Assembly (NCBI GenBank): GCA_051251855.1
Contig: JBPOGI010000003.1
Coordinates: 160,001-224,000 of the forward strand
DNA: 64,000 nt
Direction of reading: 5' to 3'
Source: Roseibacillus sp.
Lineage (GTDB): Bacteria > Verrucomicrobiota > Verrucomicrobiia > Verrucomicrobiales > Akkermansiaceae
In this document: in pieces, positions 10,693-19,245 of the stretch
How the letters are laid out: each line of letters starts with the position of its first letter
How positions within the stretch are numbered: position 1 is the first letter of the stretch
Translations under genes and position numbers: made by a program
The notes under the pieces: generated by a model
Told to the model about the DNA's origin: nothing
The model's database searches: none
The model's input: only the letters and a program-made list of their open reading frames with translations

Positions 10693-13600
10693 CTATTCTT
10701 CAGTCCAGGCTTCGAGCCTAAAGAAGTGCCTCTCAAGGGCTGAATAGTTAAAGTCAAAATCGATTTCGAGGAGTCCGCCGTTACCGAGATGGACCGCGCT
10801 TGCCGGTGACCAACCACTGGCATTGGTGAGGTCGGGCGAAGCCATGATCTGATAAAATTGGCCCAATCCAGATTGGGCAATCGAAGCGGAAACCTCTTCG
10901 CCGCCCTGAAGGTTGTAACCCAAATCGAGAGATGCCATCACGACGTTCTCTGTTAGAATGGGATCGGATGGAACAGCAGAGTCTTCATTCGAAGGGTTGC
11001 TTTCAGAGCCAGAGAGAGTGGCGGTGACGACGTAATAGTAGCGAAGTCCTGCCGTGAGACTTGCGGTGTCGCTGTAGCTTAGAGAGGTGACTCCAGTTGC
11101 AATTGTTGTGTAGGTTCCTCCGTTTGTAAGAGAACGCTTGACGGAGTATCCTGTCGCGCCTGGAACGGAGTTCCAACTTATGTCGATTTGCGAGGAGCTA
11201 GCATGAGTTGAAACGAGGTTTGTTGGGGCGTCAAGCGAGAGAGAGGCAAAGCTGAAGGAAGAGTTAGCGCTCTCGGTTCCAAAGGCCACCGCACGCATGT
11301 AGTAGTAATAGTTTGTGCCAATAGAAGTGTCGAAATCATCAACGCTTGTGGTGGTGATTCCGCTTAGGATTTCGGTGTAGGTTCCTCTGCTGCTCGTGGA
11401 GCGGAATATTTTGTAAGAGGTGGCACCTTGCGAAGCGGTCCAAGATAGATTGATGTGTGAAGCTCCGACAGCCGTCGCACTGAATCCCGCTGGAGGGTCG
11501 AGGTTGAGAGGAATGGTAGCGCTCGCGAATGATGAGTTGGCGCTCTCTCCTCCAGTATTCACAGCTCTCACCACATAGTAGTAAGTGACTCCTGGTGTGG
11601 CATTGGTGTCGCTGGTGCTCGTGGTCGTCAAGCCGCTTGCGATTTCGGAGTAGGCTCCGCCTGCGCTTGTCGCGCGCAGGACTTTGTAGCTGGTCGCGGA
11701 GGTGACGGCATTCCAAGCGAGATCGATCTGGGTAGTTCCATTTGCTGTCGCGGTGACGTTTGAGGGTGCTTCGGTGGCAGGGGGGGCTGGAAGGACGATC
11801 TCTAACCAGTTGAGGTTAAACATGGCGCCAGAGCCACTTTGGTTGGAGCCGGCTTCGGTATAGGTAAGGTAGAGGTCATGGGTGCCGGAGGTGGCCTCAA
11901 GAGGAGTCTCGATGGTGAGCCATTCTTGCCAGTCGCCGGTTGTGGGGATTGCGGTGCGACCAATGATTGGGCCTGTTTGACTGCCAGTGCGAATCTCGAT
12001 TTCGCCGTCTGGGCGTCCGGAGGGAGCCGCGATGCGAAAGCGAATGTTGGTCGCGTCTGAGAGGTCAATGCCGTCGTAGGAAGTCCAGTCGCCATTATTG
12101 ATGTTATTGACGTTCAGGCCACCTCCCACATCGGTCGTGGTTTCGGTGCTGTGTGACGAGGGGTTGCTGCTGTCGTAGCTTTCCGCTTCGATGCGAACAT
12201 AGGTTCCCATTTCAGGTTCCAAGAGAATCTCGATGCAATAGGCGGAGTTGTCTTGGGCCAGGGTCTCGACGGAAGCAGTTGTCGTCGCTTGTAGAGTCTG
12301 CGTTAAGCCTTCGATAGAGATCCCGTCGTGCTGACTCCAGCGGGTGACCTTGATGGGATGATCGCTGATAGTTCTCCCCGTTGGGTTGATGATGATCGGG
12401 TAATCTTTGTCGGAGTGATTGAGGACCCAAACGGTCATCAAGTTGCCGCGAATGAGTGCGGATACGGCGGAATCTGCATCTTCTTGATCCGGGTCCGAAT
12501 CCCAATGAACCTTGAACTCATCAGGTTCATTGACCTCTAGAGCATATCCCCGATTGGACGTGTTCGTGAGCTTCTCGAACATGTAATATTTCACGCTACG
12601 CTCTGAATTTACGATATAGGAATGCCCTTCGTTAGGAGTGCCGCGAGCCAACCATCCATTGAGGCCCGAGAACCCTGCGTTGATACATTCTAACATGTAG
12701 GCATAAGTGAGCACTTCGTCGGCGTTAGAGGTGCTTTTCCATCCATGCACCTCTGTATTCCAGACCTCGGGGACCGTGTCTCCAGGTTGATCGAACTTAT
12801 TGTTCGTTGCATCGACAATGTCCTGCGCCGTACCTGTCCTGTCAGTGTTGTGGCTTGAGACGATGGAAATCGCCTCTTTGTCGCCGGTATCGAGGTTGTT
12901 GACCCACTGAGCTCCTTGTGTGTAATTCCAAGAAGAAGGGGCTACGATTTCAGGAATATCACTCGGTGCCAGCGTAAGGCCGGGATACTCTGGGTGTTCC
13001 CAAGGAGCGTTGAAATAGGTTACATGAAGATACTCGTGGATATTGTCCATGTCGTCTTGAGTGACGCGGCCGCCGCCCACATTGCTCTGCCATTCGTTGG
13101 ACACATCCAGATAGCTGATCTTGAAGCCATTGTGTTTCATCAGGAGCAGATACTTGACGAAATACTCCGCGCATTTATCCCACTTGAAATCAAAGGAGCC
13201 ACTGGTGTAGCTGGGCGCTCCAGTGACCCAGAGTGGGTAAGGTTGCCATCTGATGTCGTTTTTGCTCTCACTGATGGCGTTATGCGATTCATTCAGGGGG
13301 CGAGGCGAGGCGAAGAACTTGACGTCTGGATTGGCGTCTTTCATGTCCTGCATCATCGGGATGATACGGTCGTTGCTGGGGTTGCCCCCGTCACCGGTGT
13401 AGGCATTCAAATCAAACACGCCCTCGTTAAGTTCGTATTTTGAGTTCATCGCGACCCGAACATAATCGACATCACAGTCAGCTACTGACCATTCGGCGAT
13501 TCGATCTCTGAGTGAGGCAGCGCCCGTCCAATACCAAAGGCGCTCATAGTCGATGCCATAACGCATCTGCTGCTGTGGTGCATTCCCAACAGTTAATGTT

Positions 13601-14559
13601 AAGGGAGGCACGGGGATGTAGGGATAGATGGTGAGCCAGTTGAGGTTGAAAAGAGAGCCGTCTCCTCCGATGTAGTTCAATCGCAGGGTCTTCGTTCCTG
13701 CGGTGGCGAAGTTCACGTTGGCAGTGACCGTGGTCCAATTTTGCCAACCGCTGGTACCCGGGACAGTAATGTTCCCAATCGTCACCCCATCGGCCACGAT
13801 GTCAATGGAACCGCCGGCGGTGTCAGAAGCGGTTCGAAAATCGATCACGTAGTCTCCCGCCGCAGGAATGGTGACGGAATATTGAGACCAGTCGTTATTA
13901 CTGATGTAGCTGAGGTTAAGTCCCCCCCCTGTGTCTGTGGTGGCCTCCGTCTGAACTCCGTTCTGTGCGGTATAGCCCTCAGCCTCAATGAAGAGAGGCG
14001 GAACTTGATAGCTGAACCAGTTGAGGTTGTAGAGATATCCGGAATCACCGTTGAAGTTGAGTCTGATTGTCTGGGGGCCTGCGTTTGCGAAAGTGACGAT
14101 GGTGCTGACGTTAGTGTATACCTGCCATTCGCCGTTAACAGCGACATCCACACTGCCAAGAGTAGATCCACCAGAGACGATAGCAATAGAACCACCTTCA
14201 CCATTAGAAGCTACTCGGAAGTCGACCTCATACGAGCCGGCTTGAGGAATATTAATGGAATATTCCGCCCAATCTCCGCCATTGATGTTACCGAGATTCT
14301 GACCTCCTCCGGTATCGCCGGTGCCTTCTGTCACTACCCCACTACTGGTCGAAAAAGCTTCCGCTTCAATTTGGGTAGCTTGCCCAAAGGCATTGGAAGA
14401 ACACAAGAGGGTCGTTAGAAGAGTGACCGCAAAGAATCCATGCCTGAGCGCATAGCTGACTAAGCTTGCAAGGGGGAGAGTGGATACTTGAGAAATATTT
14501 TGGGAGCTCAAATCAATTGAAGCAGGGGAGCTATTGGCAATACTTTGGGCTTTGAACAT
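10693..14559 (-). CDS. Secreted clan GH-A (GH30-like) hydrolase with three CBM6-like modules and three FN3 domains
   Basis: IEAE...GGG.N...GDW...NLNW CBM6 pattern three times; DVSNEW and WNTEVH; three FN3 repeats (W...A..Y...R...GG.Y...YYY); ends HFFRLEAWTEE. Start moved to ATG 14559. Confidence 0.78.
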   Translation of the reverse strand: MFKAQSIANSSPASIDLSSQNISQVSTLPLASLVSYALRHGFFAVTLLTTLLCSSNAFGQATQIEAEAFSTSSGVVTEGTGDTGGGQNLGNINGGDWAEYSINIPQAGSYEVDFRVASNGEGGSIAIVSGGSTLGSVDVAVNGEWQVYTNVSTIVTFANAGPQTIRLNFNGDSGYLYNLNWFSYQVPPLFIEAEGYTAQNGVQTEATTDTGGGLNLSYISNNDWSQYSVTIPAAGDYVIDFRTASDTAGGSIDIVADGVTIGNITVPGTSGWQNWTTVTANVNFATAGTKTLRLNYIGGDGSLFNLNWLTIYPYIPVPPLTLTVGNAPQQQMRYGIDYERLWYWTGAASLRDRIAEWSVADCDVDYVRVAMNSKYELNEGVFDLNAYTGDGGNPSNDRIIPMMQDMKDANPDVKFFASPRPLNESHNAISESKNDIRWQPYPLWVTGAPSYTSGSFDFKWDKCAEYFVKYLLLMKHNGFKISYLDVSNEWQSNVGGGRVTQDDMDNIHEYLHVTYFNAPWEHPEYPGLTLAPSDIPEIVAPSSWNYTQGAQWVNNLDTGDKEAISIVSSHNTDRTGTAQDIVDATNNKFDQPGDTVPEVWNTEVHGWKSTSNADEVLTYAYMLECINAGFSGLNGWLARGTPNEGHSYIVNSERSVKYYMFEKLTNTSNRGYALEVNEPDEFKVHWDSDPDQEDADSAVSALIRGNLMTVWVLNHSDKDYPIIINPTGRTISDHPIKVTRWSQHDGISIEGLTQTLQATTTASVETLAQDNSAYCIEILLEPEMGTYVRIEAESYDSSNPSSHSTETTTDVGGGLNVNNINNGDWTSYDGIDLSDATNIRFRIAAPSGRPDGEIEIRTGSQTGPIIGRTAIPTTGDWQEWLTIETPLEATSGTHDLYLTYTEAGSNQSGSGAMFNLNWLEIVLPAPPATEAPSNVTATANGTTQIDLAWNAVTSATSYKVLRATSAGGAYSEIASGLTTTSTSDTNATPGVTYYYVVRAVNTGGESANSSFASATIPLNLDPPAGFSATAVGASHINLSWTASQGATSYKIFRSTSSRGTYTEILSGITTTSVDDFDTSIGTNYYYYMRAVAFGTESANSSFSFASLSLDAPTNLVSTHASSSQIDISWNSVPGATGYSVKRSLTNGGTYTTIATGVTSLSYSDTASLTAGLRYYYVVTATLSGSESNPSNEDSAVPSDPILTENVVMASLDLGYNLQGGEEVSASIAQSGLGQFYQIMASPDLTNASGWSPASAVHLGNGGLLEIDFDFNYSALERHFFRLEAWTEE

Positions 14560-14896
14560 GAATTTTTGGTTTTTTTGGAAGGGGCAGCGAAGAAAGGGGG
14601 GGGCTTCAAGAAATGAACGAATGAGCTCAAAGGTTGGATGGGATGAAAGTTCTTTCCCTCGCTCAGTTACTTTAACGCATATTAGTGCTGAACAAAACAA
14701 TTCAGGGAGAATATTTCTTAGGATAATTTTCTCTTTTTTGGCCGATTTTGGGGAGAAGGTGTTGGCGTTAAGCCGAAAAAGGGGGTGGGTGAGCGACAAT
14801 TCACTCTAAAATGGCTCGGAAAGTGCGCTTTTAGACCCTTTGTACCAAGAATTCTACTTCGGAAGGGGTTCTCATCATCCACTTTTTCTCATCCTT

Positions 14897-14975
14897 ACCA
14901 AACGAATCCAGCAGGCTGAGATCTGGAAGGTCACGAAATAGAAATATCAGGATATCTGGCTCAAACTTGTTCGGC
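14897..14975 (+). repeat. Degenerate attC-like site 0
   Basis: ACCAAAC...GTTCGGC ends; shares AACGAATC with the site at 15600. Confidence 0.3.
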
Positions 14976-15121
14976 GAAAGCTAATCCAGTAGTGGGTATT
15001 TGGACGGAGATGCTCTTCGTGAATCAATGGAACATCGCTATTTTGCGCAGGAGGCTATCTTTCCGATACCCACGAAAAGGCTCTTGATTCCCAAAACGAG
15101 AGAAACACACTGTGTGCAGGA

Positions 15122-15595
15122 ATGAGGGCTATCTTCATCGGTTTAGCATTGTTGTTTCTGCTGATTGGTTGTCGCGAGAACCCGAAGAAGAGAAATGCCC
15201 TCGTAACGGATTCAGGAGTTGGCGCGCTGCGAAGCTCTCACTCTGTTTCTGTAATCATACCGGAGGGGTATCATGGTTTGGTTGGATGCGGCTTTGAGGG
15301 ATTTGTTTCTGGTGCAGCCGAAATTGGGGGAGTGTCTTTCCCGAAGCAGAAAAGGTTTGCGGCTAGCTCAGTAAGAATCAGCAAGCATTTGCACGGTCTC
15401 GAGGTTGAATATGGCGGGACTCGGAACGTTCTCCACATCAGAGGAGAGATTGAACTAGATTACGGGGACTACAGGTTCGAGAACTTGGAGAATACGAGAG
15501 TTGTTATCGGAACCGTGATGATTGGAGATGATAGAACGGAGTTCTTTGTTTGTCTTGGCCCTCTTGTTGAGGCTATTGCGAAAGGAGAAAACTAA
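15122..15595 (+). CDS. Hypothetical lipoprotein (putative gene cassette)
   Basis: Lipobox LIG-C after a hydrophobic N-terminus. Confidence 0.65.
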   Translation: MRAIFIGLALLFLLIGCRENPKKRNALVTDSGVGALRSSHSVSVIIPEGYHGLVGCGFEGFVSGAAEIGGVSFPKQKRFAASSVRISKHLHGLEVEYGGTRNVLHIRGEIELDYGDYRFENLENTRVVIGTVMIGDDRTEFFVCLGPLVEAIAKGEN

Positions 15596-15599
15596 GGAA

Positions 15600-15727
15600 A
15601 GAGAACGAATCACAGTACTAAAAGTATGATCACGCTGGAAAGTCGCTGGTTGACTGAGGAAGGGGGCGTGATAGAACGAGTGGAAGTGTGCCGGGTCGTT
15701 TGGATTGGGTGTGCTAAAACGTCAGCC
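15600..15727 (+). repeat. Degenerate attC-like site 1
   Basis: AGAGAAC just after the stop, internal ATCACGC/GCGTGAT arms, and GTCAGCC 5 nt before the next ATG. Confidence 0.4.
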
Positions 15728-15732
15728 AAATT

Positions 15733-16218
15733 ATGAAATTCGCAATATTCTCAATCCTGCTTTGGACATTCGCCAGTTTGACCATCAATGCCGAAGAAAA
15801 ACTTCCTCTTAAGGTAGATGCAGGAGAAAACTGGAAAGTGGAATACAAAGGCGATGGTATTCAGTTCTTCAGTTTAACCCGAGCAGAAGAAGAGAATACA
15901 CTTCTCATGTTCTCGCGATGGCCGGCACCTGGCGGGAAGGAGCAGATCCCAGCTACGATTAAGATGATGGCAGAGAGCTTTCTTACTGAGATCGTAAAGA
16001 ATAAGGAACTGAAGGACATTAAGAAGGAATACAAGGTTGAGAAAATTGAGGGTGCACAGTATTCGGGAGAAGTGGCCGTATTCGAAATAAAGGATGGGAT
16101 GTATCAGACTATATTCATGGTAAGTGATGGAGATGGCATTTGGAACGGTCAGTTTACTGGGACTTTGGCCATGTGGGAGGAAGCGAAGGAGATTGTTAAG
16201 AAGCTCGAAAAAGGATAA
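15733..16218 (+). CDS. Hypothetical secreted protein (putative gene cassette)
   Basis: Signal peptide; A-rich codon usage. Confidence 0.7.
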   Translation: MKFAIFSILLWTFASLTINAEEKLPLKVDAGENWKVEYKGDGIQFFSLTRAEEENTLLMFSRWPAPGGKEQIPATIKMMAESFLTEIVKNKELKDIKKEYKVEKIEGAQYSGEVAVFEIKDGMYQTIFMVSDGDGIWNGQFTGTLAMWEEAKEIVKKLEKG

Positions 16219-16354
16219 CAAGACGCTGTAATATAAATTCGACCGCGCTCTTAAGTTGGGTGGAGTCCTAGGGGTGGAGTCCTAGGGGCGGAGCGTGGCA
16301 GAGCTGCGGTATGCCTTTTGAGCGGGTTGGATTCGTTACTTTGAAACGTTGAAC
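16213..16354 (+). repeat. attC-like site 2 with an internal 14-bp tandem duplication
   Basis: GGATAAC overlaps the stop codon; arms TTCGACCGCGCTC / GAGCGGGTTGGA and GTAAT / GTTAC; GTTGAAC (fits GTTRRRY) 5 nt before ATG 16360; GGGTGGAGTCCTAG twice at 16258-16285. Confidence 0.55.
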
Positions 16355-16359
16355 GAAAA

Positions 16360-16728
16360 ATGGTTTTTACAGATTCTATCCTTCGAAATTTTGCGGTGGC
16401 TAGTTTGTCTGTTCCTGTGACGTCGATGCTCCTCTGCGCGAGCTACCTTTTCCGAGCCCACCAAGAGCTGGGATTCTTGCCAACATACGGGAATCCCGAC
16501 CCAAAGGATCTCGGGTGGCCGATTCATCATCTACTGATTTTATTGAGCCTCTTAGCTGTTATTCCAGCGCTGGTTTTCAGTGGCTTGTTATCGATTTGTC
16601 TTATCAGCCAAGGACGTCAGTCGATTGGGAACACGGTAATGTTTCTGACCCTAGGGTTTGGCGTAGGTTTCACTTGGCTAGCGTTGTCCTCGTTTGGACA
16701 GGACTTCTGGGGATGGTATGCTGACTAG
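16360..16728 (+). CDS. Hypothetical membrane protein, about 3 TM (putative gene cassette)
   Basis: Hydrophobic segments around a PTYGNPDPK loop. Confidence 0.65.
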   Translation: MVFTDSILRNFAVASLSVPVTSMLLCASYLFRAHQELGFLPTYGNPDPKDLGWPIHHLLILLSLLAVIPALVFSGLLSICLISQGRQSIGNTVMFLTLGFGVGFTWLALSSFGQDFWGWYAD

Positions 16729-17521
16729 TGAGTAGTCTGATTGAGCGAGGGATGTGAAGAATCTTTGGCGATTACGAGGTAAGGATCCAAGGTGAAGTCG
16801 CTGCTTTTCAAGCTGACGTTGTGGCCTTCGATGGCGATGACGTTGCGGCCCTCGTTCATGAATTCCGCATAGGCAGAGAGAGGGAAATATTCGGTTCCAT
16901 CGGCTTGGTGGGAGGAGGCTCCTACTTTTCCGTTTCCGAGGCGTTGGTGGGATTTAACCAGGACTTCTTTACCATTGAGAAAGAGGGCGAATCTATCGTC
17001 GTAGTTGATCGCGAGGCCAATTTTTCGTTTGTCGGTGCCAGCAGGAATCACGAACTCTCGGCGAATGAATAGGGTGGTATATTTTCCAGCCATTTCTTCG
17101 AGGACGGTGCGGTCGTCGTTATCGCCGTAGCCAAAACCCGCAGGACCTTGGAGCCAGCCTTCTTCTGCGGCATCGAATCCCAATTGGGTCCACATTTTTG
17201 GTTTCGGAGTTTTAGCCGTCGCCAAGGTAGTGCCATTGGGCGTGGTGACGGTAGGGAGGCCTGAAAGTTTTGCTTCGTACTGGATTTGACCTTTGGGGAT
17301 TTTGCTCGGGAGTGAGCGCCCTTTCCTGTGCGGATGAGAATATCTTCTTGGGGAATTGAGACTGAGGTTTCGTCGGTAGTCCAACACTTGACCCTAGGGT
17401 TCTTCAGCTGCCAGACGATGGTGACTCAGGTTGAGTGAGAGAGCTGCAGGTAAGGGCCACGTGTGATTTCAGCAAGTGAGACTGAGCAAGTCAGCAGGAA
17501 GAGGAGGAGAATGGCTTTCAT
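16725..17521 (-). pseudogene. Degraded secreted metallophosphoesterase (purple acid phosphatase-type N-terminus plus C-terminal beta-sandwich)
   Basis: ATG 17521 gives MKAILLLFLLTCSVSLAEITRGPYLQLSHST*VTIVW with TGA at 17428-17426. A frameshift near 17300 leads to QYEAKLSGL, then directly to a GFGYGD..D..T...FIRREF...YDD..LNG.EV domain. The catalytic domain is absent. Confidence 0.65.
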
Positions 17522-17692
17522 GATGAGGAATTGTCCCGAATTAGTAGGAGCTCTCATGAGAGGTTACTCTTTCCATCGGCAGTGCTATCAGAAGAAGTTC
17601 TTGCGCCGACTTTAGGAGTTGGGGTTGGGTGGTGGGACGGCATCGGTGGTGGAGCGCTGAAGCCGATCCTTCTATCGGTTGCTTTGTGGTTG

Positions 17693-18424
17693 TTAGATGC
17701 GGAACCGGGCACGGTAGGAGGAGGGGGGCTCCTTCATGATGCGGGCGAATTCGCGGGAGAAGTGGCTTTGGTCAGAGAAGCCGCAGTGGTGGCTGATTTC
17801 GGCAAAGCTGCGAGTGGTGCGGACAATGAGGTGGCAGGCTTCTTGGACCCGGAGGTGGCGCAAGTATTCCTTGGGGGTCATGTTGAAGCAGGTTTTGAAC
17901 TTTCGTAAAAAGCTGCTCAGAGAGAGGTTGGCCGATTTGGCGAGGGTGCTGATGGCTATGTTCTCGCGGTAGTGCTGGTGCAGGAGGCTGAGCGCGGGGC
18001 CGAGTTCTTCGTTCTTACTGAGGGAAGTGGTGCCTTGGTCGAAGGGGCGGGTGACGCCAATGATGCCGCAAATTTTGCCTTGTTGATTGTAGAGGGGCTT
18101 TTTGGTGGTGGTGGACCAATCGACGAAGCCGTTGCCGCGTGGGACGAGTTCGACTCGGTTGACGACGGAATCGCCGGTCTCTAGGATTCTGAGATCGTCC
18201 TCGCGAATGTGCTCGAGAATGTGGGCGGGGATGTAGTCGTCGTCTTTTCTTCCGATGATTTCGTTGGGATGAGCGGCGTCGAAGATTTCGCAAAGGCGTT
18301 GATTGTAGGCGACGTATTGAAGGTCAGGGTTTTTGACGAAATAGATGAAACCTGGGAGGTCGTCAAAGATAGCAGCAAGATGATTCTCGACCTGATTCTC
18401 TTGAAAAAATCGGTTGTCTTGCAT
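17693..18424 (-). CDS. AraC-family transcriptional regulator with an N-terminal PAS domain
   Basis: PAS-like FVKN..LQYV..N...EIIGRKD; AraC HTH CGFSDQSHFSREF. An alternative start is 18469. Confidence 0.9.
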   Translation of the reverse strand: MQDNRFFQENQVENHLAAIFDDLPGFIYFVKNPDLQYVAYNQRLCEIFDAAHPNEIIGRKDDDYIPAHILEHIREDDLRILETGDSVVNRVELVPRGNGFVDWSTTTKKPLYNQQGKICGIIGVTRPFDQGTTSLSKNEELGPALSLLHQHYRENIAISTLAKSANLSLSSFLRKFKTCFNMTPKEYLRHLRVQEACHLIVRTTRSFAEISHHCGFSDQSHFSREFARIMKEPPSSYRARFRI

Positions 18425-18487
18425 GGGTTCGGGAGCTTTGAGAGCCAGCGAGGGCTCGTGGATAGACAAGGGATCTACGGAGGCGAG

Positions 18488-19195
18488 TCACTGTTGTACG
18501 ACGGAGACGTAGTCCTCAATTCCACGAATACGAGGACGATTCATCGTCGCGGGTTTCGTGATGAGCATGATTTGGCGAGCCTGAGGATTGTGCAGCCATT
18601 TTGTGCGTGCGAGAGAGGAAGGTTTCTCGTCACCCTTCATGAGGTAGTCGATTTTGACAGGATAGGATCCGAAGTCTTCGCGGGGTGGGGCCATGGCTTC
18701 AACCGCTCTTGGCTTGATGGTGATGACCTTTTCGCCAAAAAGACCCTGAACCATGGCGGATGATAGGTTAACGATTCGAGTGTGCCCGAGCGGAAAGACA
18801 CTAGATGAACCGTTGACGGGCAAAGCTTCCATAGGAAAGACTTTGTTATCTTTGGTGAAAGCAAAGATGAGGTAGGTTCGTGACCACTCTTTAGGTATGC
18901 GCACCATGGGAGCACCTTTCGGAATTTGTTCATCTTCGGAAAGAAGGCGAGGCAAAATGGCGAGTACGAGATCGCCTTGTGGTAGGACAATGTCTGGAGA
19001 AAAGTTACGTGAGGGAAGCGCTACCTCAATGCTGTTTTTCTCGGCTGAGATGAGATAGATTTTTTCCGGAGAATCCTCTGGGGGCTCGACGAAAATTGCT
19101 TTGGCAATGCGGTCGGCACCTGAGGCGAAGCCGAACATCGCAAAGAGGGAGAGGCTCAGGAAGACTCTTGAAAATTTGTGTCCGCGATGACTCAT
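18488..19195 (-). CDS. Secreted protein, partner of the PilX-like giant protein
   Basis: Signal peptide; FP.G...I.N motif shared with 59232..59933. Confidence 0.7.
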   Translation of the reverse strand: MSHRGHKFSRVFLSLSLFAMFGFASGADRIAKAIFVEPPEDSPEKIYLISAEKNSIEVALPSRNFSPDIVLPQGDLVLAILPRLLSEDEQIPKGAPMVRIPKEWSRTYLIFAFTKDNKVFPMEALPVNGSSSVFPLGHTRIVNLSSAMVQGLFGEKVITIKPRAVEAMAPPREDFGSYPVKIDYLMKGDEKPSSLARTKWLHNPQARQIMLITKPATMNRPRIRGIEDYVSVVQQ

Positions 19196-19245
19196 ATTGG
19201 TTCTTCAAACGCTAGAGCGATTCGAGATGATAGAAAGCTTTAATC

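Noticed and set aside
14560..14799. Upstream extension of the 1368-aa ORF
   Set aside because: AT-rich, promoter-like sequence; ATG 14559 is a more plausible start.
16258..16293. CRISPR-like repeats
   Set aside because: Only a 14-bp tandem duplication with no spacers; no cas genes are in the window.
17426..17428. In-frame TGA as a second selenocysteine codon
   Set aside because: It is not in a Cys-type motif, and the gene also has a frameshift and a deletion, so a nonsense mutation is more likely.
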